Source: Eledone cirrhosa (lineage: Eukaryota). Taken from it: DNA of 64,000 nt. The translations under genes were made by a program, and so were the position numbers. Shown piece after piece: positions 57,516 through 64,000 of this stretch (position 1 is its first letter; every line of letters begins with the position of its first letter). The DNA lies in contig OZ024760.1 of NCBI GenBank assembly GCA_964016885.1, forward strand, positions 1,922,001 to 1,986,000, written 5' to 3'. The notes beneath the pieces were generated by a model that searched no databases, was not told the DNA's origin, and saw only the letters and a program-made list of their open reading frames with translations.

Positions 57516-57720
57516 TCCCATGCATTCACATTAATCTATATTTTCTATTGTATTTTCACAGTCAAGGCTTTATCTTACATAGTTATCTCACATAATATCG
57601 AATCTATGAGATTTTGATGTTATTTATTTTGAGAACAATACCTTAACATCAGTATGAGCAGCCAGTTACATCCAGTGTGAAGAGAAAGAGGCAAGAGAAT
57701 TCTGGATGGATATGGCCAGT

Positions 57721-57829
57721 TTAACCCTTTAGCATTTACTACGAGCAAGACATGGTCACCCGATCAATCTTGCCTCAAGTGGGACAATTCCCGTCTAACC
57801 CATGCTAACATGGAAGATGGACGTTAAAC

Positions 57830-57868
<39 letters not shown>

Positions 57869-58124
57869 CATCATCATCATCATCGTTTAACGTCCATGAT
57901 GATAATGATTACTCAATATTTACTATTATATTTTCATAGTAAAGATTTTATCTCACATAATTACATAATTATCTCACATAATATCGAATCTACAAGATTT
58001 TGATGCTATTTATTTTGAGAACAAAACCTTAACGCCAGTATGAGTGACCAGTTACAGCCAGTTTGAACAGAAAAAGTGAGAGAACTCTGGCTGGATATGG
58101 CTGGTTTAAATGCTAAAGGGTTAA
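57721..58124 (-). mobile_element. piggyBac-type MITE interrupted by RTE tail(s); another partial copy at about 57520-57722
   Basis: TIRs ttaaccctttagcattta / taaatgctaaagggttaa; body is the reverse complement of the 54741 copy. Confidence 0.75.
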
Positions 58125-58364
58125 AATAGTCACAGGAGCTATAATAGCCAGCCATATGGGCAAGGACAGACAGCACAAGTTAATATACAGACACAAAGAA
58201 TAGAGAGCTACAGCACAAGGGGAAATAATGAGGGAGTGGAGGGAGAGAGAAAATAAAACTAGAAATAAAAAGAAAGATGAGTGCTTTTTATGACTTTACT
58301 GCTGACTTCAAGTTGAACAGGGTAGTGGTAGGAGGTCTTTTACAAAGTGGGGGTAGTGTAGGAC

Positions 58365-58935
58365 TGTTGTGGGAGATGGGGTGTTATAAAGGGGGTAGGT
58401 CTTTTGTGGTGGGTTATTTTGAAAAGGGTGGGTTGATATAAATAGGTAGGTTCTTTTGTGGTGGGTTGTTATAAAGTTGTAGGACATTTTGTGGTGGGTT
58501 CTTTTGAAGAGAGTGGATTGATATAAAGTTGTAGGACATTTTGGGAGATGGGTTGTTATAAAAGGGGGTAGGTCTTTTGTGGTGGGTTATTTTGAAGAAG
58601 GTGGGTTGATATAAAGTTGTAGGACATTATGTGCTGGGTTCTTTTGAAGAGGCTGGGTTGTTATAAAAGAGGTAGGTCTTTTGTGGTGGGTTGTTATAAA
58701 GTTGTAGGACATTTTGGGAGATGGGTTGTTATAAAAGGGGGTAGGTCTTTTGTGGTGGGTTATTTTGAAGAAGGTGGGTTGATATAAAGTTGTAGGACAT
58801 TATGTGCTGGGTTCTTTTGAAGAGGCTGGGTTGTTATAAAAGAGGTTGGTCTTTTGTGGTGGGTTGTTATAAAGTTGTAGGACATTTTGGGAGATGGGTT
58901 GTTATAAAAGGGGGTAGGTCTTTTGTGGTGAGTTA
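58365..58935. repeat. GT-rich minisatellite with 173-bp higher-order period
   Basis: gtaggacattttgggagatggg at 58531, 58704 and 58877. Confidence 0.8.
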
Positions 58936-59394
58936 TTAGAGGAATTTTGGAGGGTAGGGGAATAGTTTATTGTTTAATTATTTTTAGTTGTTATTTTATG
59001 TAGTTCGTAATTTTTTTAATAGTTTTGTTCAGGTGTTTTTTTTTAAACTGAAATAATTGTTTCTACTATTGGCACAAGGCCAGCAATTACCTAGTACATT
59101 ACTGGTACTTTATTTTATCAACCTGTAAGGATGAAAGGCAAAGTTACTGAAATAATTGTTTCTACTTTAGGCACAAGGCCAGCAATTACTCAGTGCATTA
59201 CTGGTAAATAATGGGGACTAGGTGGGAAGAAGGATAGACAGAGTGAAAAGTAGAGAGAGGAGGGAGAGGAGAGAGAGAGAAAGAGTAGGGGATGGGAGAG
59301 AGAAGGATGGTGGGGGTAAAGGATCAGTGGGTTGAGGACACTGGATGGCATGTTAAGTGGTTTGCTGCAAGACTAGTAAAGCAAGAAGTGTTAG

Positions 59395-61490
59395 TAGTGG
59401 TGGTGGTGGTGGTGGTGGTGGTGGTGGTGGTGGTGGTGGTGGTGGTGGTTGGTGGTGGTGGTTGGTGGTGGTGGTGGTGGTGGTGGTGGTGGTTGGTGGT
59501 GGTGGTGATTGGTGGGGGGGTGATTGGCGGTGGTGGGGGGGTGATTGGTGGTGGTGGTGATTGGTGGGGGTGGGGTGGTGGTGGTGGTGGTGGTGATTGG
59601 CGGTGGTGGTGGTGGTGATTGGTGGTGGTGGTGGTGGGGGGTGGTGGGGGTGGGGGTGATTGGTGGTGGTGGTGATTGGTGGGGGTGGTGGTGGTGGTGG
59701 TGGTGGTGGTGATTGGTGGTGGTGGTGGTGGTGGTGGTGGTGGTGGGGTGGTGGTGGTGATTGGTGGTGGTGATTGGTGGGGGTGGTGGTGGTGGTGGTG
59801 GGGGTGGGGTGATTGGTGGTGGTGGTGGTGGTGGGGGTGGTGGTGATTGGTGGTGGTGGTGGTGGTGGTGGGGTGGTGGGGGTGGGGGTGATTGGTGGGG
59901 GTGGTGGGGTGGTGGTGGAGGTGGTGATTGGTAGGGGTGGTGGTGATTGGTGGTGGTGGTGGTGGTGGGGTGGTGGTGGTGGTGGTGATTGGTGGTGGTG
60001 GTGGTAGTGGTGATTGGTGGTGGGGTGGTGGTGGTGGTGGTGGTGATTGGTGGTGATTGGTGGTGGTGGTGGTGGTGGTAGTGGTGGTGGTGATTGGTGG
60101 TGGTGGTGGTGGTGGTGATTGGTGGTGGTGGTGGTGATTGGTGGTGGTGGTGGTGGTGGTGGTGATTGGCGGTGGTGGTGGTGATTGGTGGTGGTGGTGG
60201 TGGTGGTGGTGGTGATTGGTGGGGGGGGGGGGGGGTGATTGGCGGTGGTGGTGGTGGTGGTGATTGGTGGTGGTGGTGGTGGTGATTGGTGGGGGGTGGT
60301 GGGGGTGGGGGGTGATTGGTGGTGGTGGTGGTGGTGGTGATTGGTGGTGGTGGTGGTGATTGGTGGTGGTGGTGGTGGTGGTGGTGGTGGGGTGGTGGTG
60401 GTGATTGGTGGTGGTGATTGGTGGGGGGGTGGTGGTGGGGGTGGGGGTGGGGTGATTGGTGGTGGTGGTGGTGGTGGGGTGGTGGTGGGGTGGTGGTGAT
60501 TGGTGGTGGTGGTGGTGGGGTGGTGGGGGTGGTGGGGTGGTGGGGGTGGGGGTGATTGGTGGGGGGTGGTGGGGTGGTGGTGGTGGTGGTGATTGGTAGG
60601 GGTGGTGGTGATTGGTGGTGGTGGTGGTGGTGGGGTGGTGGTGGTGGTGGTGGTGGTGGGGTGGTGGTGGTGATTGGTGGTGGTGATTGGTGGGGGTGGT
60701 GGTGGTGGTGGTGGGGGTGGGGTGATTGGTGGTGGTGGTGGTGGGTGGTGGTGGGGTGGTGGTGATTGGTGGTGGTGGGGTGGTGGGGGTGGTGGGGGTG
60801 GGGTGGTGGGGGGTGGGGGTGATTGGTGGGGGTGGTGGGGTGGTGGTGGTGGTGGTGATTGGTAGGGGTGGTGGTGTTGGTGGTGGTGGTGGTGGTGGGG
60901 GTGGTGGTGGTGGTGGTGATTGGTGGTGGTGGTGGTAGTGGTGATTGGTGGTGTGGTGGTGGTGGTGGTGGTGGTGATTGGTGGTGATTGGTGGTGGTGG
61001 TGGTGGTGGTAGTGGTGGTGGTGATTGGTGGTGGTGGTGGTGGTGGTGATTGGTGGTGGTGGTGGTGGTGGTGATTGGTGGTGGTGGTGGTGGTGATTGG
61101 TGGTGGGGTGGTGGTGGTGGTAATTGGTGGTGGTGGTGGTGGTGATTGGTGGTGGTGGTGGTGGTGGTGGTGGTGGTGATTGGTGGTGGTGGTGGTGGTG
61201 GTGGTGGTGATTGGTGGTGGTGGTGGTGATTGGTGGTGGGGTGGTGGTGGTGGTGGTAATTGGTGGTGGTGGTGGTGGTGGTGGTGATTGGTGGTGGTGG
61301 TGGTGGTGGTGATTGGTGGTGGTGGTGGTGGTGGTGGTGGTGGTGATTGGTGGTGGTGGTGGTGGTGATTGGTGGTGGTGGTGGTGGTGGTGGTGGTGAT
61401 TGGTGGTGGGGTGGTGGTGGTGGTGGTGATTGGCGGTGGTGGTGGTGGTGGTGATTGGTGGTGGTGGTGGTGGTGGTGGTGGTGGTATGG
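59395..61490. repeat. 2.1-kb (GGT)n array punctuated by GATT
   Basis: Direct observation. Confidence 0.95.
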
Positions 61491-61750
61491 TAATAGTGGT
61501 CATTGGTATTGGGGATGGTGTGTGTGTGTGTATTTATGTGTAAATGTGTGTGTCTGTGTGTGAGAGAGTGGGTTTATGTATGAATGTGTAAATGCGTTTG
61601 TGTGTGGTGTGTGCGTATGTGTGAGAGGGTTTATGTATGAATGTGTGTGCGTGTGTGTGTGTGTGTGGTCAGTTTGGAAGTAAGTGGTGCTTGTTGTAGA
61701 CAGTAGCCAGTCTTGGAAGATGTGTTGACAGGGTAGTGGGGGAGGGGTGT

Positions 61751-61818
<68 letters not shown>

Positions 61819-61826
61819 GAGAGACA

Positions 61827-61857
<31 letters not shown>

Positions 61858-62006
61858 TAGAAGTGTCCACCACCACCACCACTACAACAACAGCAACATA
61901 ATCATCATCACCACCACCACCACCACCACCACCACCACCACCACCATCATCATCATCACCACCACCACCACCACCACTACAACAACAGCAACATAATCAC
62001 CACCAC

Positions 62007-62059
<53 letters not shown>

Positions 62060-62097
62060 CCACCACCACCACCACCACCACCACCACCACCACCACC

Positions 62098-62131
<34 letters not shown>

Positions 62132-62189
62132 TCACCACCACCACCACTACAACAACAGCAACATAATCATCAACACCACCACCAGCACC

Positions 62190-62223
<34 letters not shown>

Positions 62224-62246
62224 CCACCACCACCACCACCACCACC

Positions 62247-62278
<32 letters not shown>

Positions 62279-62616
62279 CGTCGTTTCTGGTTCCAATGAC
62301 ATTACATGCCAGAACTTTACTACTGCAACCCTGTTAACACCCTCCCCCAACATCTACCATAACCACATTAAAAACCACCACCAACACCCTATCTATCTAT
62401 ATCTGTGTATATATGTATATATATATAATATATATATAAATATACACATACATACATACATTCATATATACATTCATATATGCATGCATATATATATATA
62501 TATATACACACATATATATACATATATATATATATATATTATATATATATATATATAAATATATTTATATATATATATATATATATATCTGTGTGTGTCT
62601 TGTGTATAGTCAGGAA

Positions 62617-62667
<51 letters not shown>

Positions 62668-62680
62668 GTGTGTGTGTATA

Positions 62681-62743
<63 letters not shown>

Positions 62744-62802
62744 GTGTGTGTGTGTGTGTATGTGTGTAAATATATATATATACACACATATACACACGTG
62801 TC

Positions 62803-62838
<36 letters not shown>

Positions 62839-64000
62839 CACACACATATACACACACGTGTATATATGTGTGTGTATATGTATATATATATTTATATATA
62901 TATATAATATACACACACATATATACACACACGTGTGTGTATATATGTGTGTAGTCAGAAAGACCTGTCTCAAGTAAATGGATGCATTTAACAGATTCTC
63001 TAGATAAACAGTGTGGAGCAGGTGGGGTGGGGGAAGGTATGGGGGTGGTGGGGTGAGAAGAAAAATAAAGAAGACTGTAAAAAATAAAAGACAAAAAACA
63101 GACAGAAGTCTTACATAGAACACGTTTGTGTTGTTGTTGTTGCTGCTGTTGTGGTCTTAACCTTCCATTTCCATCCCTTCACCACCACTTAAACTCCTCT
63201 CAAAAACCTTGTTTTCTTTTTAACAAGGATCCACCACCACCACCACCACCACCATCCCCAACATCACCCTCACTATTACCACCATTATCACTACTATGAC
63301 CACCACCACTACCACAGCCACCTCCATCCCCAACACCACCCTCACTATTACCACCATTATCACTACTATGACCACCACCAACACCACCACCATTATCACT
63401 ACTATGACCACCACCATTATCACTACTATGACCACCACCACCACCATTACCACCATTATCACTACTATGACCACCACCACCACCACTACCACCATTACCA
63501 CCATTATCACTACTATGACCACCAACAGAAATAACAAAAATAAAACATGGAAAAAATATATTAGTTTAACTCTTGAAATAGCTGGAAGATAGTTTTAACT
63601 TTTCGGACACTAGTCCTTCATCAGAAGATAGAGTTAGAAACAAAAGATAAATAGAAAGTAAAGAGTGATGAGAGGAAGGAACAGGGAAAATGACAAAAAA
63701 ACTTGGGGAGAAAAAAACACATGTGCGTATTCAGTCAGCCATAATTTAAAAACAACAGAAGGCTGGACTGGAAATCTTCGTTAAAGTTTTAATGTTGCAA
63801 AAACATTATACGTATTTCAATGACGTAGTTATATTATTTGATCATGATGCAAGACTTAGGTGATGTCATCAGGTGTGAATCGAAAAATTAGTTAATTGAT
63901 AATAGAATTACAGTGAACACAAACAGAATAGAGAAAAGATTTGATTTGGGGATGGCCTACTTATTCGGTGTCATAGTAATGGCACATACTCACCAATGCA

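Noticed and set aside
59353-61503. 716-aa P/T/H-rich ORF
   Set aside because: Translation of a (CCA)n microsatellite with frame-shifting GATT interruptions; no domain content.

Overview
Repeat-saturated, AT-rich eukaryotic DNA. The SINE, MITE and microsatellite content looks like an octopod cephalopod (inference). Only one host coding exon is recognisable: a minus-strand otoferlin-like ferlin exon (12080-12237), so most of the window is probably very large introns. The rest is microsatellites, minisatellites, at least three tRNA-derived SINE families, 3' fragments of RTE, CRE and L1/Tx1 LINEs, TTAA-flanked piggyBac-type MITEs (one end amplified into a 93-bp satellite) and a truncated Penelope-like element (PLE). 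The strongest hidden signal is a set of type I hammerhead ribozyme motifs (CUGANGA-stem II-GAAA-palindromic stem III-NUH) from several unrelated families. It is led by a young 310-bp tandem array plus an inverted copy (12748-14110) that fits a non-LTR retrozyme. Most carriers sit in (AT)n tracts, and many have an inverted copy of their own 3' end. Almost all ORFs in the supplied track are microsatellite artefacts. All calls were made by eye and coordinates of degenerate repeats are approximate.
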